36,519 nt of DNA, taken from Octopus bimaculoides (Eukaryota). Under the pieces are notes generated by a model that was not told the DNA's origin, did not search any database, and worked only from the letters and a program-made list of their open reading frames with translations. The stretch lies in NCBI RefSeq assembly GCF_001194135.2, contig NC_068986.1:1297702-1334220 (forward strand), in the 5' to 3' direction. Made by a program: the position numbers and the translations under genes. This document shows positions 21,806-34,370 of the stretch, in pieces (positions within the stretch are counted from its first letter, which is position 1; the number at the start of each line of letters is the position of its first letter).

Positions 21806-22094
21806 ATGTATTGAACGATAAGCTTCAAATCATCATGTAACATTCGTAAATTACTGCGTCTGGTATCTGAGAAATTAACAAATTGTAGATAATCGGATCA
21901 AAACAAAATAATTTTGGTGAAGCTTGAAAAATTGTTTCTTCCAAATATTTATTTGGTATCCTTAATGAAATGACTGTAACGAACCTCATTTCTGTTAACA
22001 TTATTGATTATCTGGCAGTGATGCTAGAATCTGCTCGTTCCATAACAATTAATTTTTCATTTTATTTAAATATCAAGGTAGTTTTCCTTAATGT

Positions 22095-22510
22095 ATCATT
22101 AAATTGACAAATAGGCAGAGTCACGAGAGCATTGGACAAAATGACATGCAGTATATCTTCTAGCTCTCCAGGGCTGTGAGTGCAGGTCCTGACATCAAGT
22201 TATCATTTTAGATTCCATTAAATAAAGTACCAGACGAGGGTGGTGGGGTGGTGGAGCTAATACCTTGCAGTTTTTATTTTGTTTTGGTTCTTTGTGTTCT
22301 GGGTTTCTGGATTGGAGACTTAATCTGTTGCCAAATTTAACCCCATCACTTGGCTCTTGAATTTCTTTAGTAGGGGCTCACACTGTTGCAAGCATTTGGG
22401 CCTGCTCTCTAATTTGAGGATAACTTCCTTCCACTTGTCTTAGCAGCCTTGAAAAATGGTGGGGTTCAGTGGTGTTGCCCTGCCACTCCCTAACTAAATA
22501 AAAAAACAAT
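22095..22510 (+). repeat. Composite old repeat, copy 1: two SINE-2 heads followed by a shared body containing ttgcaagcatttgg
   Basis: Same module order as 24595-24990 and 27255-27620. Confidence 0.6.
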
Positions 22511-22589
22511 TTATTGTCTCAATGTAATTGATATTTAGAATAAGTTTTCTGTTTTTAAATATTACTTTTCATCGTCACAGGGCTGTGGA

Positions 22590-22795
22590 TTTGCAAAGCT
22601 ATTAGTGTTGGGTGAAATACCTTGTGGTATTTGATCCAACTCTTTACATTCTGTGTTCAAATCCCATGAAGGTAGACTTTGTCTTTCATCACTCCAGGGT
22701 TGATAAAATAAAGTACCAGCCAAATATCAGGATTGACACATTCAACTTAGCCCTCCCTGCCAAATTCCTGGCTTTGTGCTTATGTTAGAAACAGT
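22590..22795 (+). mobile_element. SINE family 2, decayed
   Basis: ttctgtgttcaaatccc...gtagactttgtctttcatcactccagggttgataaaataaagtaccag. Confidence 0.75.
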
Positions 22796-22874
22796 TATCC
22801 TCCTCATCATCATTGTCATCATCTATTGACTACAATTTGCACTTATCAAGTATAATAATACATGTACCACATCT

Positions 22875-23068
22875 CAGGGGTGTATATTCTGGGTGTGCTA
22901 GGTGTGCGCTGTATACCCATCAGAAATGGCAAACTCATTATAAATATTAACCCTACTCGTTAGCTTAACCACAAATCTTAATGGAAAATTTTTGTTGTAC
23001 TCCTGCTTGAAATTTGGTGGCATTGGGTGTGGCAGCACACTCAGTACAACAACCACCATACGCCACTG
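22875..23068. mobile_element. hAT-like MITE with degenerate TIRs
   Basis: Left caggggtgtat..gtgctaggtgtgc versus right reverse complement cagtggcgtat..gtactgagtgtgc. Flanking 8-mers ccacatct / tcacgtat match 5 of 8. Confidence 0.55.
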
Positions 23069-24594
23069 TCACGTATCTCCTTCCATCTGTGTCCTGCATT
23101 CATCAGCTGTCACAACACAACAGTCTTTCATTGAAAACTATTATTGTGAAGAAAACATAATAGTACTGATTCAAAACCATATGAGAATATGGTCATCATA
23201 ATTTAAATAATTGCTTTGTGTTACAGATTCTAATAAAACCACTCTATATGCATAATATTTCAGCTCAAATTTCATTTACTAAACATCCCATCACTTATTT
23301 ACTGACATTTTTAAAAGCTTGCATACATATTTTATATTTCTTTTGGTTCTTGTTTCTATTGGTTACTCACAAGTAAACTTTGATCAAGCAGAACTATCAT
23401 CTAAGACATTCTTGTTGTAATCATCCTATCTTTTGTCATATTTAAGACAAGGTTATCCAATGTGTCCTTACAAACTTGATATAGTATGGAGAGTGATTTG
23501 AAAGAAAACTTAACCCCTGCTCTGCACAGATTGTGCAAAAACATAGAGGTTTGCTCGACATTAGTGTCAGAACTCTTTTTTGCTTTTAAACTTCATAACC
23601 ATGAAGCAGTATAATGACTTTAGATATACTTAGAATTTTTCTATTCAAGTTAGAGACATGATTGTGTCATAAAAAAATTAAAGAATCTTAATGTTTATTA
23701 AAATTATTAACATCAATAATAATTTTTTAATGCATTGGATTTACTTGGCTAAATCTTTTAATTTCTTTTTTTGAGAAAAATAAAAGAAATAATAATAATA
23801 TAAATTCATGTTTTGCATTGAAGGTAATTTTAGAAAATTGAACAGTCATTTGGAATGTATAATCAAGTATAAAATATAAATAAATGAAACCAAGCATTTA
23901 CTACATAAAATAAGGAAATAATAAACATTAAATATACAAAAATGAGTTATTAATTGTTTATTTTTAGATAAATATAGTTAGAAACTGAAATCAATACATT
24001 TAAAACATATGGCATAATTGATTTTGAGAAGAAAAGAAGCAATCTATCAATAAATATGAATTATTAAATACAAAATTCTAATTATTAATTTCTGACAATA
24101 GTAGCAGATAATTTTTTAGTAAAATATAATTTTACAAAATTTATTGCTTCATTTTATGAATTCTTCTTAGTTTGTTGTTCCTCTTAAGAAATTGTAAAAT
24201 GTATAATACTTAGAGACTATAAGCTGGTACTTTCCAGAGGATCTGCACAACAGCAGCTAACAACAAATTATAAATTAGATTAAATGTAGAATCATCAATA
24301 GTTTATTGTAATCTGAGGAAACTAGTGATGTTCTTTGATGGCAAAATGCCTTGAGGAAGAAGAGAAATCTATTTTAAATGTTTGTCTTTCTTCTTTGGGG
24401 AGAGAGAGAAACAAATATAATGATCTTAACACTCGGACACAGACTTGCAATTTTGTATCTTAGTATTAAGTCTTCTTTTTCTCAAAGGAAGGATAAATGT
24501 CTGAAACATTAGGCATTTATTCTTCAAGGTATTTTCATTGATTAAACTAAGCTCATTGTTATTACTGAGACAGAGTCAAATAAATTTACAATTA

Positions 24595-24990
24595 ACTGTT
24601 GCTGTGAATTGGCAGAGAAGTTGGAGCATTGGATAAAATGCCTCATGGTATTTGTTCTGACTCTCTATATTTTGGGTTCAATTCCTACCAAAACCAACTT
24701 TGTGGTTTAGCAGAACTGTAAAAATATTTGACCAAGATGTCTAGTGGTATTTGTTCTGACATTTTCTGTTCTAAATTCAAATCCAGTTATAGCCTACTTA
24801 GGTCATAGACTTAATATTTTGTCCAGTTTAACACCAGAAAGCTTTGATGTCTTTACTGGAATCTACTTTGTTGCAAGCATTTGGATCAGGTCTCCAGTTT
24901 GAGGATACATCCCTCACCAATTCTCATGAGTCTCAGAGGCCCTTTAAAGGGTCATGAGCATTGCCTTCTTTCCTGCTAAAAAGTAAAGTA
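24595..24990 (+). repeat. Composite old repeat, copy 2
   Basis: Two tandem SINE-2 heads, then cctacttaggtcatagacttaat...ttgcaagcatttggatcaggtctccagtttgaggata. Confidence 0.6.
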
Positions 24991-25246
24991 ATTAACAAGT
25001 ATTAGATCATACTAAACCTTCTGTTTTTGAAAATTCATACTAATTTACATTTATTCTTATTTCACAGGGCACATTTTGTTTTGCAAATAATCAGTTCTTA
25101 GAATAGAAGTGATTAGAAATAGTTTTTCTATTCAAAATCAAACATTTTAACCATGAAGGGAACTAATAATTCACATCTGTTCAATTTAATTTTGCAAATT
25201 TTATCATTTTAACCACCTAACATGAAATTAAATCAAAATGTTTAAT

Positions 25247-25706
25247 CAATGCTTCTCAAACTCTTTTCAATTTCACCCCTTTTCCTTTACTAACAAATTT
25301 TTCAATCCCCACCACAATCTCCAACTATAATTCAATAAAATTAAATACACAGCAAAAAATTGTCAACTAGTTGATTGATGTTAAATGACTGCTTGCATGT
25401 AAGTCATTATTAATATAGTATGGAATGTATATGTGGTATATATCTGGTTCTGTTTATTTACTTATTCACATTTCAAAGTCTGCTATTATTGTTGATGTTG
25501 TGATTGTGGTTGACAAGCAGCTTATCACAGTGTGACATTAAAAAAAAATTATGACAATATTTAAACAAGACACAGACTAAGAAAAGACTCTGCAGGTGTG
25601 TCAAGCTGCTCTCCCACTGCATCCCCTTCCACCCAGGACCATACAAAATTTTCCAGTGAACCCCCACCACACCAAGAGGCAGTGCTGCTCACTTTGAGAA
25701 ATACTG
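25247..25706. mobile_element. hAT/Charlie (MER5-like) non-autonomous element
   Basis: Left caatgcttctcaaact; right actttgagaaatactg (reverse complement cagtatttctcaaagt). Flanks gtttaat / gtttcaat resemble a decayed TSD. Confidence 0.65.
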
Positions 25707-25979
25707 GTTTCAATGAATGGACATTGCTAAACAACATTCTACAGTTATAATCAACCAATTAGTCTTTCTTTTTTCTAAAAATAAGCATTATCTTTGATTA
25801 AACCTAAATGTCTAAATTGTCAGTATACATAAAAACTTATTTATATATAAGGAGACATAGGGAGGGAAGGGCAATGACCATGACCCTTTATTTTTTTTTT
25901 TCTTGGCCTTCAAGACTGGTGGAAGAAAGAGGGTAAATTAATCTTAAACTGAAAACCTAACTGAAATACAACAAAGCGG

Positions 25980-26250
25980 AATATGTTCTGCTCAAGGCAT
26001 CCAAGGGTAAAGTTGTGTTAAACTGTCATATTAAATCTGCCATTCAAGATCTCAGAATGTAAAGAGTCAGAACAAATATGCTCTAAAAAATTCTGTTAAG
26101 GCACTTTATTTTATCAGCCCTGGAAGGATGAATGGCAAAGTTGCTCTTGGCAGTATTTGAACTCAGAGGACAATGAACCAGAACAAACAGCACAAAGTAT
26201 TTTGGCCTATGCTCTAATGATTCTGTCAATTTACTGTCTAGCAATTTACC
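25980..26250 (-). mobile_element. Decayed SINE family 2 copies, minus strand
   Basis: gcactttattttatcagccctggaaggatgaatggcaaagtt...atttgaactcagagg is the reverse complement of the SINE-2 head and core. Confidence 0.65.
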
Positions 26251-26340
26251 AATCTGGTCTTTGTTCATTTATTTGATCTTTTTAATATTTTTCATGTAAA
26301 AAAAAAACATTTTCAAACACCCACATGCGCATACACACTT

Positions 26341-26470
26341 TATCATCATCATCATCATCATCGTCATCATTTTAGCATACATTTTTCAGTGGTTGCATAG
26401 ACCCAACAAAAGATGTGTTAAGACAGGTTTTCTATAATTGGATGTCTTTCCTGTCACCAGCCCTCAAATG
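26341..26470 (-). mobile_element. Decayed RTE-tail-type repeat with (ATC)n
   Basis: (atc)n, then ggttttctataattggatgtctttcctgtcaccagccc. Confidence 0.55.
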
Positions 26471-26652
26471 TTTCCAGGCAAAGTAATATTTCCTTCAGTC
26501 CTTAAACATTGAACAGTTCAATGGCAGGACGTATTTTCATGCAGGATCACAAATAAATGACATTATTTGCATGAATGGTGATTTTGATTATAACCAGTGT
26601 GCTACTGTCAAAACAAGATGACGAAACAAATACACACAAACATATACACAGT

Positions 26653-26810
26653 CAATGGGCTTCTTACAGTCTTTGTCTACTAAATTCACTCTTAAAGTAT
26701 TGGTTGACTCAAGGCTATAGTAGAAGACATTTTCTAATGTGCTAGTAGGACTTAATGTGAAACTAAATTGTTGTAGAGTGAACTTCTTTATTACACAGAC
26801 ATGTCTGTGC
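26653..26810 (-). mobile_element. SINE family 1 head, decayed
   Basis: gggcttcttacagtctttgtctac...aggctatagtagaagacat. Confidence 0.7.
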
Positions 26811-27254
26811 GTAAATAGGTCTGGTAACAATCACTAGAGATCATAAATGCATGCATGTAATAATGTCCAAATATAATAATGTAAATAATCCTTTGAGCTC
26901 ATCTTAGGTTTCAATTTGATCATTTTCTTCTTGTATAATATTTTTAAGTGCCTAAAATTATTAAAGATAGATATCACAGCATATTAGATTTTATGTTAGA
27001 AACAATGGTGTGTATTAAATTTGGTGGGTGTAATGGGTCTATGCACTTCAGAAGTTTGTGGAAAGGGGATAGTTATTTTCCCATTATTGCTGCTAATGGA
27101 ATCCTATAGATTTATTGACACTGTCTTTTGCAAGACTATTTTCAAATGTATTTTGGTTTATTGAAAATTTAACAAATTTATGAAGATCGAACATTCATAT
27201 ATTCATGTAATATCTTTACAAACATACTTTAATTATATTAATAATAGAAGACAG

Positions 27255-27620
27255 CAAATTGGCAGAGTCAATAGAGCATTGGGTAGAAAACCTGGCTTCA
27301 TATATTCTGATGCTCAATGTTCTGAGTTCAAATATTGCAGAGGTCACCTTTACCTTTCATCTTTTTGAGGTGGTTAAAAGATGACAAAGTTCAGAGTGAT
27401 GGTTTGGCAGAAGTGTAAGAATGTTGGATTGAAAGCCTTGCAGTATCTGTTTTAGTTCTTCGTGTTCTGAGTTTAACTCTCAGCCTCACTTACTTGGGTG
27501 AAAGATTTATTCTTGTCATCCAGTTCAATCACTAGCTGGCACTTTAGGTGCCTCAAGAAGTCCATTCTGTTACAAGCATTTGGATCAGGTTTCAGGATGC
27601 CTTCCTAGCCACCCACCAAC
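27255..27620 (+). repeat. Composite old repeat, copy 3
   Basis: Two SINE-2 heads, then cttacttgggtgaaagatttattc...ttacaagcatttggatcagg. Confidence 0.6.
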
Positions 27621-27900
27621 CCCCACTAGTCTTGGAGTCTTGCTTCCCATGAAGCATTAAGCAATAAGACATCTCCATGTTGCATGCTTGCAAGCTCTAT
27701 CAGTTGTCTTCTCCCTGGTGAAGCCAATACCTGTCAAGTCCTCCTCTTCCACAGTCCTTAACCAGATCTTAACAAGGCTGCCTTGCTGCCTTCTCTTGTT
27801 TCCTTGTAAGAAAATCATTCACTGCTCTCTTCATAGATAAGCATGGCATATTGTTGAGTGTCTTCTGCTCTGTTGTGGTGATGGTATTCTGCAGAATCCT
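27620..27900 (-). mobile_element. Decayed LINE C-terminal coding remnant (RTE-X/RTE-like)
   Basis: Minus strand reads approximately WLRTVEEEDLTGIGFTREKTTDRACKHATWRCLIA (cf. TW.RTVE.EL..G......A..R..WR.L). Confidence 0.5.
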
Positions 27901-28103
27901 GAGCTGGCCCTTTCCATTTATGAATAATTTCTTCACTATTTATTGTAGCAAATGAAGCTGGAATATTCTGTTATCTCTTAAAATAAGGAGTTTCCATTTC
28001 TGAAAGAACAGTAGTTACATTTTCAGGTTGACAATGCTGTATGAGTGGAATTTGTTGACAGAAACTATAGGAATCCTGTCATATACATAGTGTGTGCGTG
28101 CGT

Positions 28104-28116
28104 GTTGTTGTTGTTG

Positions 28117-28167
<51 letters not shown>

Positions 28168-28193
28168 GTAGTAGTAGTAGTAGTAGTAGTAGT
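28104..28193 (+). repeat. Compound trinucleotide microsatellite (GTT)n-(ATT)n-(AGT)n
   Basis: Directly visible. Confidence 0.97.
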
Positions 28194-28229
28194 TGTATAC
28201 TGATTACATGAGTAGGAGTATGTTCTTTA

Positions 28230-28440
28230 TATTGAATATAAATGATGAACTTTTAGAAACAGGAAAATGCCCTATAGTGTTTATTTCATGCTTCCATGCT
28301 CTGAGATCAAATATCACCATATTAACCATTACCTTTCATCCCCGACAAGATTGATAAAATAAATACTGGTTATATACTGTGGTTGGTTCAGTCATCTGTA
28401 ATAATCTATTACTAATATGTAGCTTTGTACCAATGGAAAA
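28230..28440 (+). mobile_element. SINE family 2, decayed
   Basis: gctctgagatcaaatatc...ttacctttcatccccgacaagattgataaaataaatactgg. Confidence 0.65.
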
Positions 28441-28927
28441 AATCAATATTTTCACTTCAAATAAGGAAATTGCATTTATATCTTCCTGAATGGTCATGAA
28501 TAATTGAACTTTCTCTATAAATACATATAATCATGTATGAAACAGATAAATTAGATGAGAAAAGAGTGAAGTGGAAAAGTGATAAGAAAAAATAAAAAAC
28601 TTTAGATCCTATAAATATATTAAGCTCTTCCTCCAGGACCAAGCAAACAATTCTGTCAAGACTATTTTTATCCTTTTTCTCAATGTTTCTATGCCCTCGA
28701 GCACAGACTTGCCTTAAAACACCTAAAACAATGGATTACAAAGTAACATTATAGTTCTTATATGAGTGGAAATACTTTACTATCTTTACTCTAACATATG
28801 TCACATGAAGGACATCCATCGTACGTCAGAACCGAAGAAGCAGACATGAAGGCGTTCACAGTAAATGATGTCATTCATACATACATACATACATAACATA
28901 CATACATACATACATACATACATACAT

Positions 28928-29170
28928 AGGGAAATAAGGGAAATAACCCTGAAATCCGGATACGTTCGTGCTGCTGGCCGTGGTGAGAGGGATAACTCCC
29001 TTGGCAAACAGGACACAGTCGTGTGTCGATAAGCCAGCTGGAGGAGATGTCCTCCTGGGGCTAAAAGCAACAGTAACATCCACCCCTAGGGGTCAGCCAC
29101 ACTTAAGTGGCAATATACTACACTTTATCGTGCAGTTACTGTTAATACTTCATTTAGAGAATTAACATTG

Positions 29171-29173
<3 letters not shown>
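28928..29173. repeat. Young ~345-nt repeat unit, copy 2 (A-linker-B), between (CATA)n and (TA)n
   Basis: Reverse-complement match to 14977-15050 and 15158-15310. A 9-nt duplication agggaaata sits at the left end. Confidence 0.95.
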
Positions 29174-29212
<39 letters not shown>

Positions 29213-30364
29213 TACACACACACATGCATACATATACATATTCACACACACATAAACATGCACACACATATGCATACGCACATATACATATATATCAGAA
29301 TTTATTGTGTGTGTGTGTGTATGTATATCTATGTGTATATGTTTATATATGTATACACATACATAAATTTATGGAAGTATATATATACTTTTTATTATTT
29401 TGGGTAGGAAGTTCATAAAGTTATATTAATTATGTATAAAGAACATTTGAAATTATAATTATTTTTCATAATAAAGAATGGAATACGTTTCTGACTTTAG
29501 TACAAGTTTAGTTCATGTGTAAGAGAAGCAATCAATGCTCTTCTCTTAATCGTTTTTTTCTTTTTTTTTTTTCAGTAATGAAATATAAATCACTGTTCAT
29601 CATTAGCAACTTTAATTACATATCATAGAAATAAGAGATTATTATTGACTGATCATACATCACAGCAGGGGAAGAAGTTAGATTAAAAGTTAAGGCTTTG
29701 ACTTTGTTTGAGAATAATCTCATTAGAATGCCTCATTGGGAGACATCAGCATTGTCTCCAAATAAATTGGTAAAAAGATGAAACAGTTGCATATATGAAA
29801 GAAGGGAGTAAGATATATGGTCTTTCATAAGAATTATATAAGACTTGTATTGTAATGAGTGAAATATATGCTTATAGTAATATAAAGATGTGCATATGAA
29901 CAAATCTGTAATTACATGGAAATGACAATTAATTAGACACGCATAATAAACTCATATGTGTGCATGTATATATATGTGTATATATATGTATATATATGTG
30001 TACATACATACATACAATGATACATGATAAAGGATCTCTCAATCAGAATTTCTGACCATGAGTGTTCAGTTGTTTAATCAACCAAGCAGAACTCATTCAA
30101 TTGCCACGTAAGTAGCTGAGTTTCATTAGATACCTGTTGTCTTTAAGTAATTCTCAGGTAGAATCAACATAACACTTTGTGAGAGGCACGATGTTTGGAT
30201 TGTAGGCACAATCTATCTAGGTTTCTTGACACATTCCAGCTACACCAATTTCACTCATAAGGTATGAGTCAACCTGTGGCTATAAATGGAATCTATATGT
30301 GCATGTATTTGATTGAGTGAAGGACCATTCTTACAGATAAGAGGAAAAAGAAAAAAAAAAAATG

Positions 30365-30520
30365 ACACTACGACCAACCCTGACCAGCCTGCCTCCCTAT
30401 GCAGCACCTGCAATTGTGTCTGTGTGTTCTGAATTGGACTCATCGGGCATCAGCAGGCCTGCAACAAATGTGAACATCCCCCTCCAAAAATCTCTACTCT
30501 TGAAGCCTAGTCAAGAGAGA
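30365..30520 (+). mobile_element. RTE-BovB-like 3' end: C-terminal Cys/His motif plus 3'UTR
   Basis: SLCSTCNCVCVF*IGLIGHQQAC (cf. C..C.R.C.SRIGL.SH.R.C), then cttgaagcctagtcaagagaga. Confidence 0.75.
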
Positions 30521-31169
30521 ATATATATGAGTGTGTGTGTGTGTGCTTTTTTTCCATTCTGGCATGAGTTGGATGTATCTTTGTATGGATTTGTTATTCT
30601 AGCCATCATAAAATATTTACATTCATATAGAAATTATAGTGTTACTTTGTAACATTGTTTCAGGCATTTCAAGTGTTTCTTGAAGGCATAGAAATCTGAA
30701 AATAGATTAAAAAAAAAAAAGGCCTCCTAGTTGCAAAGCAAACTTCTTAACCGTTCAGTTATGCTGTACTTATATATGTATGTATATGTATTTATGAATG
30801 CATAGATTTGTATCTTTTCCATGTATGTGTGAGAAAAATAATGTTTAGATATGCACAAACACATTGAATTGATAATAACTTATGGTTTGTTGACTGTTTT
30901 TGAAGGTTAGTTTTCAAAACATATTTGACAATCCTTCAGCACATGTACTTAACCACTTCACTTTGATGATTTCTTTCACTGATTCAGCACTTTCTCCTTA
31001 CAAGATGACATTATTCAAACATTATTCTTTGTTTTGCAATTTGATAGAATTAAGAAAAAATAATTGGCACATTCTTCTGTTTAATTTAAAGTTAATTTGT
31101 TTCACTTTTATTGAAAATTTGCTTTCCTTGAATAAGCATTAAAAACATACAAAAAATTTGCTAAAATGC

Positions 31170-31720
31170 TTAAGTCATCAACATAACTATGTGAGGTAAC
31201 AAAAGAGCCACTACACAATCTCTCAAAAGCTTAATGTATTAACTAACATTCATTTGATAAATGTTCTGTTGTTTTTCAAAAGCTGTCAACTGCTTGAGAG
31301 CATTTGAAAGAATCTATCTCATGTATTCTACTAATTATTCCAGTTCATCTGCTATATATGAAGCCTACCTTTTCTGTCAACCATTTGTATATCCATAGTT
31401 TGCAACAGGTACATTGTGTGGAATTACAACCTACTCGTTTTTTGCAACCAAGCATAGTGACTTTCCTAATGGCAGTAGGGTCCTGTCTTGTCTTCTTTCT
31501 TACCAACACTTTGTTAGGCTTACTTTAAGGCTTCTCAATTCTAGGTTCTGTTGCCAACTTTGGAATTTCTCCTTCAACCACTCCAGCTATAAGAAGTAAG
31601 ATATTGACATACAAGAATTCCCATGGATAACTAGTCTTAAATTCTTCTGTTATGGCTTAAAAAAACTATAATAATCAGAAATAGGATAAGAATCGAGCCC
31701 AATCTGCATACTAAATTGCT
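31170..31720 (-). mobile_element. Decayed RTE LINE RT fragment
   Basis: LFLIII..AITEEFKTSYPWEFLYVN (cf. AITEEFKTGCPWELLYADD), ..KRVGCNSTQCTCCKLWIYK.., overlapping the region seen at 16590-17050. Confidence 0.8.
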
Positions 31721-32202
31721 TGACTTATTCTTAACTCTCACCTTAGACAGAACCTCTGTACAGGACTTAAACAACTCTCACAAGCCATTCATTTAGCCCT
31801 CGGTTTGTATATGTATATATACACACACACACATATATATCTATACACATATACATACATACTTATATATATAAGAAATAGAGAATGAACAATCAAAACA
31901 TGTGGGATCACTTTAGAGCCTGGAATTTATAACCCTAACATAAGTGTAGAGTTGTTACATTGGAGATGTTGGAGTAAAAGGTATCATATAAACAAGTAAC
32001 TAGGAAGGTGTACATAAAGTTCTCTACATCTGTTTCTAGAATAACTGTGCATATGGTGCATATCTCAGCAAACAAAGATTTCCATAAAAAAGCCAACTAT
32101 TCCACCTTCAGAAAGGAACAATTAAGGAATATCCTTAATAAATGATATTAGTTGTTACCAGTTTCATTATCAAAGAGATGGAACCGGTAATAGACATATA
32201 CA

Positions 32203-32437
32203 TGGGGCAGTGAGCTGGCTGAGTCCTTAGCTCACCGGGCGAAATGCTTAGCAGTATTTTGTCTACTGCTACATTCTGAGTTCAAGCTCCGCTGAGGTTG
32301 ACTTTGCCTTTCATCCTTTTGGGGTCGATTAAATAAGTACCAGTTACGAACTGGGGTCGATGTAATCGACTTAAACCCTTTGTCTGTCCTTGTTTGTCCC
32401 CGTTATGTTTAGCCCCCTGTGGGCAATAAAGAAATAA
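32203..32437 (+). mobile_element. tRNA-derived SINE family 2, best-preserved copy (Meta-domain-like core)
   Basis: ggcagtgagctggctgagtcc...ttctgagttcaagctccgctgaggttgactttgcctttcatccttttggggtcgattaaataagtaccag...gggcaataaagaaataa. The resemblance of the core to the MetaSINE domain is from memory. Confidence 0.85.
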
Positions 32438-32751
32438 ATATACATATACATACACATACTGAAAAGAGCTGTTGTGAAATTACAAAACAGGTAATAGAAT
32501 GTCAAAGAAATGTTTATTTTTAGTAATTTGTAATATCTTCTTCTTCTTCTTCAAAAAACCCTGTAAAATGTGTTCCGTCAAGGCCTCTACCATTTTACAC
32601 AATTAATCATTATCTAATGAAGCTCATGCATCCTGTATAGACTTTTTCAACTCTTTAATGTTCACTTTTTGTATCTCAGTGCACTTTTCATGTGTGTTCT
32701 TGCATAGACACACAAACACAATCACTCATACATATGTGTAAGAATTTATAC

Positions 32752-32893
32752 AGGTTCTGTCTACCACAATCACTAATAAGGCATTGGTCGGTCCAGGGCT
32801 GCAATAGAAGACACTAGGCCAAGGTACCATATGTGGGACTGAACCAACAAAACATGATTGAGAAGTTCACTTCTTGACCATGGAGCCATGCTC
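32752..32893 (-). mobile_element. SINE family 1 head, decayed
   Basis: ggcattggtcggtccagggctgcaatagaagacact...gtgggactgaacc. Confidence 0.7.
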
Positions 32894-33134
32894 ATACTTT
32901 TTATGTACATATATTAATTTTTATGATGTAGTGACAATGAAGCCATGAAAGTTCACACACTTTTAGTATCATTTATATTTTATATGTATGTATGTGTGTG
33001 TGTGCATGTATGTGTGTGTTTTTTTATTTATGTGTGCATATGTATACAATGATAATAGTGGGTGTTTTTCTATATATATATATATATATATAGACAGAGA
33101 GAGAGGTAGATAGATAGATAGATAGATAGAGAGG

Positions 33135-33176
<42 letters not shown>

Positions 33177-33789
33177 TTGTTATTACAGTACAAATAACAG
33201 TTAAGTGACAGCATATATTGACCATGCATTGTGTCAAACAAACAAAGGAAATCAATCTGTTATCTCCTTGGTTGGTTTATGATTCCTGTAAATCAGTGTG
33301 TCACAGGGAATGGTATCTGTGTCATTGCTTGGTACAAGTGGAACATAAGCACTGATTTCTTAGAAATATGAGGTCTATAGATTTTACTTTAGTGTTTGTT
33401 TTGCAAACTGTTTATGTGACACCATGTATTGAAACCGACTTGTATTTTGAGAAGGTCATTCTGCCTATCAACCACAAAAACACATACACTCACACACATC
33501 ACACACACACACACACACCGGTTGTATATCACTTTTGTATTGATTGTTTGGCATAATCAATTAACCAAAGTAGTAAATAACACATGTATGCGTTTAATTA
33601 TCAAAATATCTCTCTTCAAGTGCGGCAATACACACACCTGCACATGCATGTGCACACACACACACGCATACACACACACACAGACATACTCATACACATG
33701 CACATACATACACACAAAACACGCACATACACTCTTACACACACATACACATGCACATATACACATAAAGTATATCTAGAAAAGAAGCT

Positions 33790-33883
33790 TTGAATGAGAA
33801 TTGACTTGGACCTTGGAAATTGATCCAGCCTTTCTCAACATAGAAAATGGATGTAAAATGATGATGATGATGATGATGATGAT
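33790..33883 (+). mobile_element. Short RTE-tail remnant with (GAT)n
   Basis: atccagcctttctcaacatagaaaatggatgtaaaatgatgatg, similar to 10610-10673. Confidence 0.6.
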
Positions 33884-34184
33884 GACCTTTGCAATACCAT
33901 CAGCCAAACTGATGCCTCTGAGCATTAGGCAGCTTACAATCCTTTACACATCCCAAATTGCACCCAATCTTTTTGGTCCTTTCTTAAAAGTATTTTCTCT
34001 TCCACTTTTGCTAAATTTTTGACTTTTGTGGTTTCCATGGTGATTCTGTGAGTAGTTCTGCTTTAGAGAAACCCTCAATATTCAGTACCTGGTTTACACC
34101 CAATCCTTCACTTCATACCCTAGTTAAATCACCCTCCAAAACAATCTATTTCCATTACACAAGGCTCACCACCATCAATTTTCT

Positions 34185-34215
<31 letters not shown>

Positions 34216-34370
34216 CTTAACATCTACTTTCAATGCTAGCATGGGTTGGATGGTTTGAGAGGAGAGATCTGGCAAACCAGAGATCTGTGGTAATCGCAAC
34301 TGTATGTTTTGACATGGTTTCTACGGCTGGCTGCTCTTTCTAGCACCACTCACTTTACAGAGTGTAACTC
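34185..34370 (-). mobile_element. RTE-tail-type repeat
   Basis: (atc)n, then caatgctagcatgggttggatggtttg...gacatggtttctacggctgg. Confidence 0.78.

Noticed and set aside
23365-23600. Minus-strand exon candidates ending at GTAAGG or GTGAGT
   Set aside because: The longer version has stops in all frames and the shorter has no recognisable product.
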